Of a stretch of DNA of 32,000 bases, positions 1 to 8,484 are shown one piece after another; the first letter of the stretch is position 1; every line of letters begins with the position of its first letter. Made by a program: the position numbers and the translations under genes. The notes under the pieces were generated by a model, which was not told the DNA's origin, made no database searches, and saw only the letters and a list, made by a program, of their open reading frames with translations. The stretch is from Breznakia sp. PF5-3 (GTDB lineage: Bacteria > Bacillota_I > Bacilli_A > Erysipelotrichales > Erysipelotrichaceae), in assembly GCF_029504745.1 (NCBI RefSeq), contig NZ_JAQFIQ010000002.1, positions 1-32,000 of the forward strand, written 5' to 3'.

Positions 1-1
1 T

Positions 2-3000
2 GCAGAAGCTAGAGTGGTGAGTAGTGCAGAAGCCATTGACTTAGCAAAGGTAAAGGCATATGTGTTAGAAACAAAACAAACTATTTCAGATGTTACAGTT
101 GATACAGATCAATTGGATGCCATTCATGCGGTTGCTAATGATGCACAAACATTTAAGTTAACTTATACTGCAACACAAGATGGAAAGACAGTAAGTATTG
201 AAAAGAATGTAAATGTAAATCATTCATTAGTAGGACCAGTAATTACAGCAAATGATTGTGAACATTATGTGGGTGATAAGTTTGAAGTACTACATGATGT
301 AAGTGCTAAAGATGTAAATAATGATGCTATTGATCTTATTTTGGTAACACCAAATAAAAATACTGAAGTGGAACATCAAATACCATTAGAAAATGGTGAG
401 TATAAAACAGCAGGAACTTATGAAATCAAATATGCAATTACTGATAAATATGGTAATACAACAGAAAAGACAAGATTGGTAAAAGTACATGCTATGCCAG
501 TGATTGAAACAAATCCACAAGTATATTCATTAAAAGATGAAGATATTGCTGGACAAATTACAGCAGCAGCAAATGCATACTACAATAAAGCAGATGATGC
601 TGTTGGGGATGCTCCTATCAAAACAAAAATTGATGAAATCAGCTATGAAATTAGCGGACCTAGTCAAGATTTCAGTGAAGTAGGAACTTATGAGATTACC
701 TATAAAGTGGAAAATGTAGATGGGCGTAAAGCAAGTAAGAAAGTAGAAGTTATCATTACGAAGAATGAGCCTTTACCTACTGATGTGGATAAAGGAATCA
801 AATTGGATGTGTATAACTTCCATGTGAGTCAAGATGAATTAGCTAACTTAGATGAAGCAACCGTACTTAAAAAAGCGCAAGCACAAGCAATGTACTTTGA
901 ACAAGATGACGAAGGTGTAAAGAAGCTGGAGGATATCACCAAGATGGTGAGGGCAGGATCTCTTGATGAGATAAAACAAGCGCCAGGAGAGGGTAATGTA
1001 TATAAATTGAGTTTCCATGTAACAAGTGAAGGTATCACTGAAACGAAAGAAGTAGAAGTCGTAGTTAGTGGTAATAGTATTGTGGTAACAGATGGCTTAG
1101 TGATTGAAGCAAATGATTTCTCAATTGCAAATGTATTGGCTAGAATATTGGTAAAAGAGAAAGCTTTAGAATTAGCAAATGCGAAAGCCTATGAATTAGA
1201 AACAAGACAAATGTTAAATAATATTTCAATTGATACCGATCAATTGGATGCCATTCATAATGTTACTAATGATGCACAGACATTTAAATTAACATATACT
1301 GCAACTCATAATAATAAAACAGTAAGTATCGAAAAAGATGTAAGGGTGAATCATACATTGATAGGCCCAGATATCACAGCAGATGATTGTGAGCATTATG
1401 TAGGTGATAAGTTTGAAGTACTACATGATGTAAGTGCCAAAGATGCTAATGATGATACAATTCATTTCATTACAGATCCAGAGCATCCTGATAAGAATAT
1501 AGAAACAACACATCAAATACCATTAGATAGTGATAAGTTTAATACATCAGGAACCTATAAAATTACCTATGCAATTATGGATAAATATGGAAATACAAGT
1601 GAAAAGATAAGAACTGTAAAGGTACATGATGTACCAGTAATTGAAGTGAATCCACAAGTATATACACTGAAGGATAAGGATGTTGCAGATCAAATTAAAG
1701 CAGCAGCAAGTGCATATTACTATAAAGCAGCAGATGTTGCTGGAGAACCATCAATCAAGACAAAAATTGATGAAATTAACTATACAAGTAATGGACCTAG
1801 TCAAGATTTCAGTAAAGTAGGAACATACGAGGTTACATACGAAGTAGAACTTATTGATGGAAGAAATGTTACAAAGAAAGTGAATGTCATTATTACAAAG
1901 AATGATCCTCTACCTACTGATGTGGATAAAGGAATCAAGTTGGATGTGTATAATTTCCATGTAAGTCAAGATGAACTAGTTGACTTAGATGAAGCAGCTG
2001 TGCTTGAAAAAGCACAGGCACAAGCAATGTATTTTGAAAATGATGATAAAGGAAATGTTATCAAACTGGATGATATAACAGCAAAGGTAGTTGTTGGATC
2101 ATTAGTTGATATAAAGAAAGCGTCAGCTGAAGGAGGTGTATACAAATTAAGTTTCAGCGTGAGTGATAACAAAATGGTTGAAACGAAAGAAGTAGAAGTA
2201 GTAGTTAGTGGTAAAAGTATTAAATTTGAAAATGGTGTCGTATTGAAAGCGAATGATATAACTTTACCAAATGCAGATGCGAAGAAAATAACAGAAAGTA
2301 AGTTGCTCAACCTTGCAGGAGCACAAGCTTATGTATTAGAAACAAATCAGCAAATTAATGTTACTGCCGATCCTATACAATTGGAAGCAATTAAGAATGT
2401 TGGAAATGACAAAGTGAGCTATCCTCTGAACTTATCTTCAACCTATGATACAACAACGATAGAGATGAGTATTCAGGTAGGTGTAGAGCACACATTGGTT
2501 AAACCAATTGTAAAGGTTGTAAATAAAGCGGTATATGTAGGTGATGTATATGATATGTTTGAAGGGGTTACAGCGGAAGATGCAAACAATCAATTACTAG
2601 TATTAGATGATGATAACACCAAAGTAACTCACCAGATGCCACTTGAAGATAGCAAGTTTAAGATCGTAGGAACATATCAGGTTGTATACGAAGTAAAAGA
2701 TAAATATGGAAATGTAGGAGAGGCAAAACAGAAAATCAGAGTTAATGGTTTACCTGAATTGAATACGAATCCACAAACGTATGCTTTAAATGACCCTGAT
2801 ATTATGAATAAGGTAGAAGTAAATGCTTTTGCGAGATATCAAAAAGCTAGTGAAAAAATTGGTGGTGAGCCAGTATGGATTGAGCTAGATATAAGTAGTG
2901 AAGTAATTGATGGACCAGATGGAGACTTACAATTCAACAATATTGGGATATATATAGTTAAATATGCAACAACAAACGAAGACAACCGAACAACCAAAAA

Positions 3001-3892
3001 GACTACATCCGTTGCAGTTATTCATCAAGGAGATATTCCAGATCCAACAAGTTTAGCTTATATTAGTGCGAAAGGATTTATCATTGATTATACAAGTGTA
3101 GAGTCATTGGATGAGGCTACCATATTAGACTCTAACCATGCAGATGTGAAAGCTTTTAAAGTACTGCATGACGATAATCAACAGGTAATTGGTTCACAAG
3201 ATATCACAGATAAAGTTTATGTAGACAAAGATAAACTAGCTGAAATACAAAAAACAAACAGTAATGGAAAAATATATCAATTAGCGTTAAGAGTAGAAGA
3301 TGATGGTAACATTGTCACAAGGGTGATCAATGTAGTGGTAAGTGGTAGTGAAGTGCCAATCCCACAACCTACACCAGATGGTAACTACCTAGTAATTACA
3401 GCAAATGACTTCAGATTAACATATGATGAAGCTAAAAATGCTGATGAAACGATGGTGAGTGAAAAAGCGAATGTAAAAGCTATGTTATTACAACCAGAAA
3501 TGAAGAATAATATAGTGAAGCGTATGGCAGCAACAAATGCACCATTGAGCGTAAGAATAAATAAAAGAGAGTTACAGAACATTCGTGAAGTACCAGAACT
3601 TGGTGGTAATTATCAATTGACATTCTTTGCAGAATATCGGCTTCTAGATCAATTGGTAGCAGTAAATCCAATTAGTGTGAACGTAAAGATTGTTCCGAAA
3701 AGTTCTGATGATTTATATGGAAATGTCATAAATGAAAAAACCAAAAAAGAACCAAAAGGAATGGACAAAGTAATAGAGACTGGAGATACACAAACAGGAT
3801 GGTTATGGATTGTAACGATGGTGTTATCCTTTATGTTCATTACGAAAAAGGGATGGAAGTTACTGACAAAAAACAAAAGTAGTAAAAAATAA
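2..3892 (+). CDS. Large cell-surface repeat protein (5' end lies outside the window) with Ig-like (DUF5011/Big_3-like) modules and a C-terminal wall-sorting-like anchor
   Basis: The frame is open from nt 2 (AEARVV.. precedes the tracked GTG at 14), so the window truncates the gene. It holds three 377-384 aa tandem units, each with 'HYVGD.F..L..V.A.D' and 'GTY.I.Y...DKYGN....R.V.V' segments typical of bacterial Ig-like domains. C-terminus: 'VIETGD', then hydrophobic GWLWIVTMVLSFMFI, then basic tail KKGWKLLTKNKSSKK. Confidence 0.85.
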   Translation, partial: AEARVVSSAEAIDLAKVKAYVLETKQTISDVTVDTDQLDAIHAVANDAQTFKLTYTATQDGKTVSIEKNVNVNHSLVGPVITANDCEHYVGDKFEVLHDVSAKDVNNDAIDLILVTPNKNTEVEHQIPLENGEYKTAGTYEIKYAITDKYGNTTEKTRLVKVHAMPVIETNPQVYSLKDEDIAGQITAAANAYYNKADDAVGDAPIKTKIDEISYEISGPSQDFSEVGTYEITYKVENVDGRKASKKVEVIITKNEPLPTDVDKGIKLDVYNFHVSQDELANLDEATVLKKAQAQAMYFEQDDEGVKKLEDITKMVRAGSLDEIKQAPGEGNVYKLSFHVTSEGITETKEVEVVVSGNSIVVTDGLVIEANDFSIANVLARILVKEKALELANAKAYELETRQMLNNISIDTDQLDAIHNVTNDAQTFKLTYTATHNNKTVSIEKDVRVNHTLIGPDITADDCEHYVGDKFEVLHDVSAKDANDDTIHFITDPEHPDKNIETTHQIPLDSDKFNTSGTYKITYAIMDKYGNTSEKIRTVKVHDVPVIEVNPQVYTLKDKDVADQIKAAASAYYYKAADVAGEPSIKTKIDEINYTSNGPSQDFSKVGTYEVTYEVELIDGRNVTKKVNVIITKNDPLPTDVDKGIKLDVYNFHVSQDELVDLDEAAVLEKAQAQAMYFENDDKGNVIKLDDITAKVVVGSLVDIKKASAEGGVYKLSFSVSDNKMVETKEVEVVVSGKSIKFENGVVLKANDITLPNADAKKITESKLLNLAGAQAYVLETNQQINVTADPIQLEAIKNVGNDKVSYPLNLSSTYDTTTIEMSIQVGVEHTLVKPIVKVVNKAVYVGDVYDMFEGVTAEDANNQLLVLDDDNTKVTHQMPLEDSKFKIVGTYQVVYEVKDKYGNVGEAKQKIRVNGLPELNTNPQTYALNDPDIMNKVEVNAFARYQKASEKIGGEPVWIELDISSEVIDGPDGDLQFNNIGIYIVKYATTNEDNRTTKKTTSVAVIHQGDIPDPTSLAYISAKGFIIDYTSVESLDEATILDSNHADVKAFKVLHDDNQQVIGSQDITDKVYVDKDKLAEIQKTNSNGKIYQLALRVEDDGNIVTRVINVVVSGSEVPIPQPTPDGNYLVITANDFRLTYDEAKNADETMVSEKANVKAMLLQPEMKNNIVKRMAATNAPLSVRINKRELQNIREVPELGGNYQLTFFAEYRLLDQLVAVNPISVNVKIVPKSSDDLYGNVINEKTKKEPKGMDKVIETGDTQTGWLWIVTMVLSFMFITKKGWKLLTKNKSSKK
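53..3475 (+). repeat. Three in-frame tandem coding repeats of ~1.13-1.15 kb inside the surface-protein gene, plus a partial fourth unit after 3476
   Basis: Anchor codons K/Q-A-Y of the motif 'A.AY.LET.Q' recur at nt 53, 1184 and 2324 (periods 1131 and 1140 nt), and as K-A-M at 3476 (period 1152). Units 1 and 2 share long near-identical DNA stretches (e.g. ~775-900 vs ~1912-2037) and peptides such as 'DTDQLDAIH', 'NDAQTFKLTYTAT' and 'DCEHYVGDKFEVLHDVSAKD'. Unit 3 is much more diverged. Confidence 0.9.
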
Positions 3893-3895
3893 AAT

Positions 3896-3926
3896 AAAGG
3901 GTCACTGTAATGGACAGTGATCCTTT
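3896..3926. terminator. Bidirectional intrinsic terminator between convergent genes
   Basis: aaagggtcactg (3896-3907) / loop taatgga / cagtgatccttt (3915-3926): a 12-bp stem with one G-U pair and A/T-rich flanks, lying between the stop at 3892 (+) and the stop at 3925 (-). Confidence 0.75.
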
Positions 3927-4638
3927 ATAATACAACGACGGTTTTATATTTGAAATCTTTATAGTTATGTGAAACTAACGAATATTCGTAAGGAACACCA
4001 TTATCTAGAAATGCTATTTGTTCTACGACGGTAACAGGGTCTGTTTTATTGATTTTTAGTTCCGTTTCTTCAATAGAGTTACAAGGTCTGGAATATATAT
4101 ATTTGTGAAAGCTTTTAGGTTTTAACTTTAGGTCATTTACAATGTAATCATAAATAGAATTGGTAATATTATCTTTGGTAAGTCCATGAATTACGGAGAT
4201 TGGCATATAAACTTCTTCAATGCTGTTAGGAAGATTATCAATATAACGAACGCGATATACTTTATATACGAAGTCATCAACTTTAATTAATAAAGATTTA
4301 GCTATTGTTTCATTTGCTTTGATAATATCAAATTCCAAAATTTTTGCTGTTGCTTTATGACCTTCATGTGAGTGGGTTAACGAAGATGGTTTTGTGAGGT
4401 CGTCTACATTTAATAAGGGATGTAAGGACGATAAAGGGTTAATATATGTTCCAGAACCCTGTTTTTTAGCTAAAAGTCCTTCTCGCACAAGAATATCAAC
4501 AGCTTTTTTTATTGTTAATTTGCTGGCATCATAATACTTGCACAATGTTTTTTCATCTGGAATTCTTTCTAGGTTTTTATAATCCCCATGGATAATCTTA
4601 TCTCTTAAATCATCAACGATATCAATATATTTTGGCAT
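3925..4638 (-). CDS. GntR-family transcriptional regulator (HutC/GmuR-like, UTRA effector domain)
   Basis: N-terminal winged HTH 'ERIPDEKTLCKYYDASKLTIKKAVDILVREGLLAKKQGSGTYI', followed by a ~150 aa UTRA-like domain. GAGGTGA RBS upstream of the ATG. Divergent from the 4788-6378 operon. Confidence 0.9.
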   Translation of the reverse strand: MPKYIDIVDDLRDKIIHGDYKNLERIPDEKTLCKYYDASKLTIKKAVDILVREGLLAKKQGSGTYINPLSSLHPLLNVDDLTKPSSLTHSHEGHKATAKILEFDIIKANETIAKSLLIKVDDFVYKVYRVRYIDNLPNSIEEVYMPISVIHGLTKDNITNSIYDYIVNDLKLKPKSFHKYIYSRPCNSIEETELKINKTDPVTVVEQIAFLDNGVPYEYSLVSHNYKDFKYKTVVVL

Positions 4639-4656
4639 ACTTTCACCTCTGAAAAC

Positions 4657-4669
4657 AGTATATCATACT
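4657..4669. promoter_or_regulatory. Candidate GntR/HutC-type operator (palindrome)
   Basis: 'aGTATatcATACt' has perfect 5-bp inverted arms of the GT..AC type that many GntR regulators prefer. It sits in the divergent intergenic region just upstream of the GntR gene start. Confidence 0.35.
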
Positions 4670-4736
4670 TATATCTGTAAAACATCATTTTGAGTTAATA
4701 AATATATCAATTAAATAAAAGGTATATATCTATATA

Positions 4737-4765
4737 TTGAATAATATAAACATAAATGATAATAT
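4737..4765 (+). promoter_or_regulatory. Sigma-A-type promoter for the epimerase-manA operon
   Basis: TTGAAT (4737-4742), 17-nt spacer, TAATAT (4760-4765) with an upstream TGa (extended -10). The start codon at 4788 follows a GAGGTGA RBS. Confidence 0.5.
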
Positions 4766-4787
4766 GAGATTGTGAGGTGATACATAT

Positions 4788-5438
4788 ATGGAAAAATTAT
4801 TATGTCCTAGTATGATGTGTGCGGATTATGGAGTATTAAAGGATGAGGTTATTTGTTTGGATGAAGCAGGGATTGATATATTTCACTGCGATGTAATGGA
4901 TGGTTGTTTTGTTCCTAATATGACAATGGGACTTATGGATATTAAAACAATTCGTAAATATACAAATAAATTAATAGATGTACATCTGATGATTGAAAAT
5001 CCATCATCGAAAATTGATTTATTTATTGATGCAGGTGCAGATCTTATTTATATTCATCCAGAATCTGAACGTTATGTTATAAAAACGCTTGGCTATATTA
5101 AAGCAAAAGGAAAGTTAACAGGAATTGCAGTTAATCCAGATACTAGTATTGAAACAATTCATGAAATGTTGAATTTAGTGGATTATGTAATGGTGATGAC
5201 GGTTAATCCAGGATTTGTAGGTCAAGAGTTTATTGATTTTATGTTATCTAAAATTAAACATTTGCTTTCTTTAAAAAAAGAAAAGGATTTTAAAATAGTT
5301 GTCGATGGGGCTATGTCTCCAGAAAAGATAAAAATATTAAGTAATCTGGGAGTAGATGGTTTCATTTTAGGAACAAGCTCATTGTTTAATAAAGAAGCAT
5401 CTTACAAAGAGATAATGAAAGAATTGCGGGGGCTATAA
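4788..5438 (+). CDS. Ribulose-phosphate 3-epimerase family protein, allulose-6-phosphate 3-epimerase (AlsE)-like
   Basis: Motifs 'CPSMMCADY', 'FHCDVMDGCFVPNMTMG', 'DVHLM', 'IHPES', 'MTVNPGFVGQEF', 'VDGA', 'GTSSLFN'. From my memory of those sequences, the PSxMC start and the GTSxLFN end resemble E. coli AlsE more than housekeeping Rpe. Confidence 0.85.
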   Translation: MEKLLCPSMMCADYGVLKDEVICLDEAGIDIFHCDVMDGCFVPNMTMGLMDIKTIRKYTNKLIDVHLMIENPSSKIDLFIDAGADLIYIHPESERYVIKTLGYIKAKGKLTGIAVNPDTSIETIHEMLNLVDYVMVMTVNPGFVGQEFIDFMLSKIKHLLSLKKEKDFKIVVDGAMSPEKIKILSNLGVDGFILGTSSLFNKEASYKEIMKELRGL

Positions 5439-5439
5439 G

Positions 5440-6378
5440 ATGGATATTATGATTACAAAACCAATTCCTAGAAAAGCGATTTGGGGTAATACAAAACTAA
5501 AAAGATATTTTCGTTATTGTACATATCCAGATGGTATTGGACAATCTTGGTCTTTTAGTGGTCAAGAAAATAATGCAAATGAAATTGTTGGAGGAATGCA
5601 TAAAGGGTTGAATTTACAAGAAGTATGGAATCGTTATCCTGAATATTTTCATAGCCGCTATACATACTTTCCTTTTATAATAGGCTTGGTTGGTCCAGAG
5701 GATAATTTAAGTATTCAAGTTCATCCGGATAAAGGTTATGCACAAAAGAAAGGGTTGTTATCTGGTAAAAATGAAGCATGGTATTTTATTGAGGCTGAGG
5801 TAGGTGCAGATTTGGTATTTGGAAATTGTGCACAAGATAGAGCACAGTTAAAAGAGATGGTTGATAAGAAACAATGGAATCAGTTGATAAGGCGAATTCC
5901 AGTGAAACAAGATGACTTTGTGTATGTACCTGCAGGTATGCTTCATGCAATGCAAAAGGGTGTTATTACTTATGAAGTTCAAGAGGCAACAGATATAACA
6001 TATCGATTTTATGATTATGATCGAGTGAATAAAGAAGGAATAAAACGAGAGTTGCATTTAACGGATGCAATGGAAAGTATACGGTATTTTGCAGAAGATG
6101 AAATCCAACAAGAATTACCAGTTGTTGAAACGGGAAACATATATGAATGTACAACATATATCAATAATGAAAGTTTTAAAATTCAAAAATATATTTTTCA
6201 TGATGATGGTGAATTGGTTGTCGATGAATATATGTTGGTAACTATTATTCGTGGTGAAGGAGAAGTTAACATGCATTCTTTACGTTATGGAGAAAGTTTT
6301 ATAATTCCTAAAGGAATACAAACAATAAAGATAAGTGGAAAGATGGAATGGATGGTAACAATGGAAGGAAAAAGGTAG
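5440..6378 (+). CDS. manA: Mannose-6-phosphate isomerase, class I
   Basis: 'IWGNTKL', 'GQSWSFS', 'LSIQVHPD', 'KNEAWYFIEAE', 'VPAGMLHA', 'YEVQEATDITYRFYDYDR' form the Firmicutes type I PMI cupin pattern. The start lies 1 nt after the upstream stop. Confidence 0.9.
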   Translation: MDIMITKPIPRKAIWGNTKLKRYFRYCTYPDGIGQSWSFSGQENNANEIVGGMHKGLNLQEVWNRYPEYFHSRYTYFPFIIGLVGPEDNLSIQVHPDKGYAQKKGLLSGKNEAWYFIEAEVGADLVFGNCAQDRAQLKEMVDKKQWNQLIRRIPVKQDDFVYVPAGMLHAMQKGVITYEVQEATDITYRFYDYDRVNKEGIKRELHLTDAMESIRYFAEDEIQQELPVVETGNIYECTTYINNESFKIQKYIFHDDGELVVDEYMLVTIIRGEGEVNMHSLRYGESFIIPKGIQTIKISGKMEWMVTMEGKR

Positions 6379-6398
6379 ATGATTAACATCTACCTTTT
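6371..6398. terminator. Bidirectional intrinsic terminator (manA / convergent GH1)
   Basis: aaaggtagatg (6371-6381) / attaa / catctaccttt (6387-6397): a perfect 11-bp stem that overlaps both stop codons. Confidence 0.75.
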
Positions 6399-7842
6399 AT
6401 AATGAATTGCTATCACAAAGTTTTTGGAACCATAATCCTGACTTTTTAATTTTCATTGATTTATCTTTTAGATCATAGAGATAAAATCCATAACGGTTTT
6501 TAAAAGCATTAATAGGGGACCAGTTATCGAATATCGACCATACATGATATCCCACACAATTGCTACCTTCTTCAATAGCTTTGTGCAACCAAGTAAGATG
6601 TTCCTTATAAAAATCTATACGATAGTTGTCTTGCACTTGATTATTAATATCCATGAATTGTTCCTCGTTTTCGACTCCCATACCATTTTCACCGATGAAG
6701 CATTTGATGTTACCATACTCATTTTTTAAACGCATCAAAGTATCGTAAATGCCTTTAGGATATATTTCCCAACCTCTAGAAAAATTCATTTTTTTATCAG
6801 GTTTATCATAGATTTTATAAAACTTTTCTGGCATTAATTGCCCCTTCTTAGGACGTTTTTCTGATAATTTTTGTCGATCATTTTCGGGGTAAAATTGAAT
6901 TGTTTCTTTTTCCCAATTATCATCTGGTGCCTGTACACGACAAGGTTGATAATAATTAACACCTAATAAATCAACGGTATTGTGTTTGAAAGTTTTTATA
7001 TCATCTTCTGTAATGTCAGGTGTTAAATCATATTTATGAACGAATTCTATAAAATCATCTGGAATGATTCCTTTTACAGAGACATCAAGGTAAAATCTTT
7101 CCCTAATCATATCGACAAATTTAGCAGCTTCTACATCCTTTGGATCTTCACTTCTAGGATATACAGGGTTTGGATTAAGAATTGTTCCTATTTCTCCTGG
7201 ATATTTATTTTTATGATATAGTTCGATTGTTTTTGCTTGTGCCAATAATAAATAGTAACCAGCTTGGATGGATTTTTTGAAGTCGATTTCATTAGGTGGT
7301 TGAAAATCATAGAGGTATCCTCCTTGTGGTAATACTCCTACCTCATTCAATACCATAAAATATTTTATTTGTTTTCCAAAGTGAAAGAATACTTGGTTTG
7401 CATATGAAATAAAATAATTAACTACTTCACGACTTGTCCATCCACCTATATTTTGCATACATAAAGGTAGATCGAAATGCCATAAACAAATAATAGGTTC
7501 AATATCGTTATCTTTTAATTCATTGATTAGGTTTTGGTAAAAAGTTACCGCTTTTGGATTTACTTCTCCTTTCCCATCAGGTATGAAACGAGCCCAACTG
7601 ATACTAAAACGAAAAGAATTAATGTTTAACTTTTTCAGTAGTTGTACGTATTCTTTGTAGCGGTGATACATATCCAAAGTGTCAGTAGGTCCAATTTGAT
7701 CGTAAAATCGCTCAGGTTCTCTACAATACCAATCATCCCATACATCAGGAGCTTTTCCATCGATATCTCTTGCTCCTTCAAATCCGGTTGCCCAAGATGC
7801 ACCTCCCCACAGAAAGCCATCTGGAAATTTTAATTTTTGCAT
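6397..7842 (-). CDS. GH1 6-phospho-beta-glycosidase (paralogue 1)
   Basis: 'FPDGFLWGGASWATGFEG', 'FRFSISWARF', acid/base region 'VLNEVGV' (NEV instead of the usual NEP), nucleophile 'IGENGMG', C-terminal 'WSIFDNWSPINAFKNRYGF'. I place the start at ATG 7842 (MQKLKF.., GGAG 7 nt upstream) rather than the longest-ORF start at 7935, which has no RBS. Confidence 0.88.
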   Translation of the reverse strand: MQKLKFPDGFLWGGASWATGFEGARDIDGKAPDVWDDWYCREPERFYDQIGPTDTLDMYHRYKEYVQLLKKLNINSFRFSISWARFIPDGKGEVNPKAVTFYQNLINELKDNDIEPIICLWHFDLPLCMQNIGGWTSREVVNYFISYANQVFFHFGKQIKYFMVLNEVGVLPQGGYLYDFQPPNEIDFKKSIQAGYYLLLAQAKTIELYHKNKYPGEIGTILNPNPVYPRSEDPKDVEAAKFVDMIRERFYLDVSVKGIIPDDFIEFVHKYDLTPDITEDDIKTFKHNTVDLLGVNYYQPCRVQAPDDNWEKETIQFYPENDRQKLSEKRPKKGQLMPEKFYKIYDKPDKKMNFSRGWEIYPKGIYDTLMRLKNEYGNIKCFIGENGMGVENEEQFMDINNQVQDNYRIDFYKEHLTWLHKAIEEGSNCVGYHVWSIFDNWSPINAFKNRYGFYLYDLKDKSMKIKKSGLWFQKLCDSNSL

Positions 7843-7873
7843 TATACTTCTCCTTTTCATTGATTTAATATCA

Positions 7874-7901
7874 TTATTAACACAGCTTGAAAAAAAGACA
7901 A
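7874..7901 (-). promoter_or_regulatory. Candidate promoter for the minus-strand GH1 gene
   Basis: Read on the minus strand: TTGTCT (7901-7896), 16-nt spacer, TAATAA (7879-7874) preceded by TGt (extended -10). Confidence 0.4.
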
Positions 7902-7976
7902 TAAAATCCTTTTTTCGTGTACATATAATTTTCATTTATTTTCAAATATAATCAATATTCATGAATAAAATTTCTT

Positions 7977-7991
7977 TTGAAAGCGGTTAAT
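7977..7991. promoter_or_regulatory. cre-like (CcpA) site in the divergent control region
   Basis: 'tTGAAAGCGGTTAAT' matches 14/15 positions of WTGNAANCGNWNNCW, and the central CG is intact. Confidence 0.4.
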
Positions 7992-8086
7992 TTAGTTGTT
8001 CAAATCAATAAAAACCCCTTGAATAAAAGGTTTATACGAATTATTAAAAATCATGGAAAGAAATGAAATTATTTGCATAAATAATG

Positions 8087-8116
8087 TTTACTTATCTTTG
8101 ATGTAAGTGCTATCAT
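8087..8116 (+). promoter_or_regulatory. Candidate promoter of the PTS/GH1 operon
   Basis: TTTACT (8087-8092), 18-nt spacer, TATCAT (8111-8116) preceded by TGc (extended -10). It lies ~25 nt upstream of the IIB start at 8142. Confidence 0.45.
8102..8115. promoter_or_regulatory. Second cre-like site overlapping the -10 of the PTS promoter
   Basis: 'TGTAAGTGCTATCA' matches 13/14 positions of TGWAANCGNTNWCA. The single mismatch falls in the central CG (TG here). Confidence 0.35.
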
Positions 8117-8141
8117 GAAATCAGAAAGGAGACATGGTCTT

Positions 8142-8450
8142 ATGAAAATTGTCTTGGTATGTAATGCAGGTATGTCAACATCTGTGTTGGTTCAAAAAAT
8201 GTTAAAGAGTGCTGAAGCAAAAGGAATCGACGCTGATATCGATGCATATTCAGTCGAAGTACTGGAAGAAACATTAAATAATTCAAAGGTTGACTGTATT
8301 CTGGTGGGACCACAAATTCGCCATATGATGCCAAATGTTGAAAAAATGGCAGCTGGGATATCTCCAGTAGCTTTAATCAATATGCGTGATTATGGAACAA
8401 TCAATGGTGAAGCAGTATTAAATCAGGCATTAGAGCTGATTAATAAGTAA
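8142..8450 (+). CDS. PTS EIIB, lactose/cellobiose family
   Basis: 'MKIVLVCNAGMSTS' is the phospho-Cys loop, and the protein is ~100 aa. I moved the start from 8115 to ATG 8142, which has AAAGGAG upstream. Confidence 0.9.
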   Translation: MKIVLVCNAGMSTSVLVQKMLKSAEAKGIDADIDAYSVEVLEETLNNSKVDCILVGPQIRHMMPNVEKMAAGISPVALINMRDYGTINGEAVLNQALELINK

Positions 8451-8484
8451 AGATTAAGTAAGTAAAATCAAGGGGGATGAAATT

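Noticed and set aside
829-3876. Minus-strand ORFs inside the surface-protein gene (829-1038, 1966-2310, 3385-3582, 3480-3671, 3649-3876)
   Set aside because: They lie antisense to a long, repeat-supported coding frame. They have Ser/Thr/Phe-rich low-complexity translations and no RBS. 829-1038 and 1966-2310 are simply the same antisense artefact repeated with the 1.13 kb period.
7843-7935. The longer N-terminus of GH1 paralogue 1 (MKIICTRKKDF...)
   Set aside because: There is no RBS. The extension is not GH1-like, and the internal ATG 7842 has a GGAG at ideal spacing and begins exactly at the conserved GH1 N-terminus.
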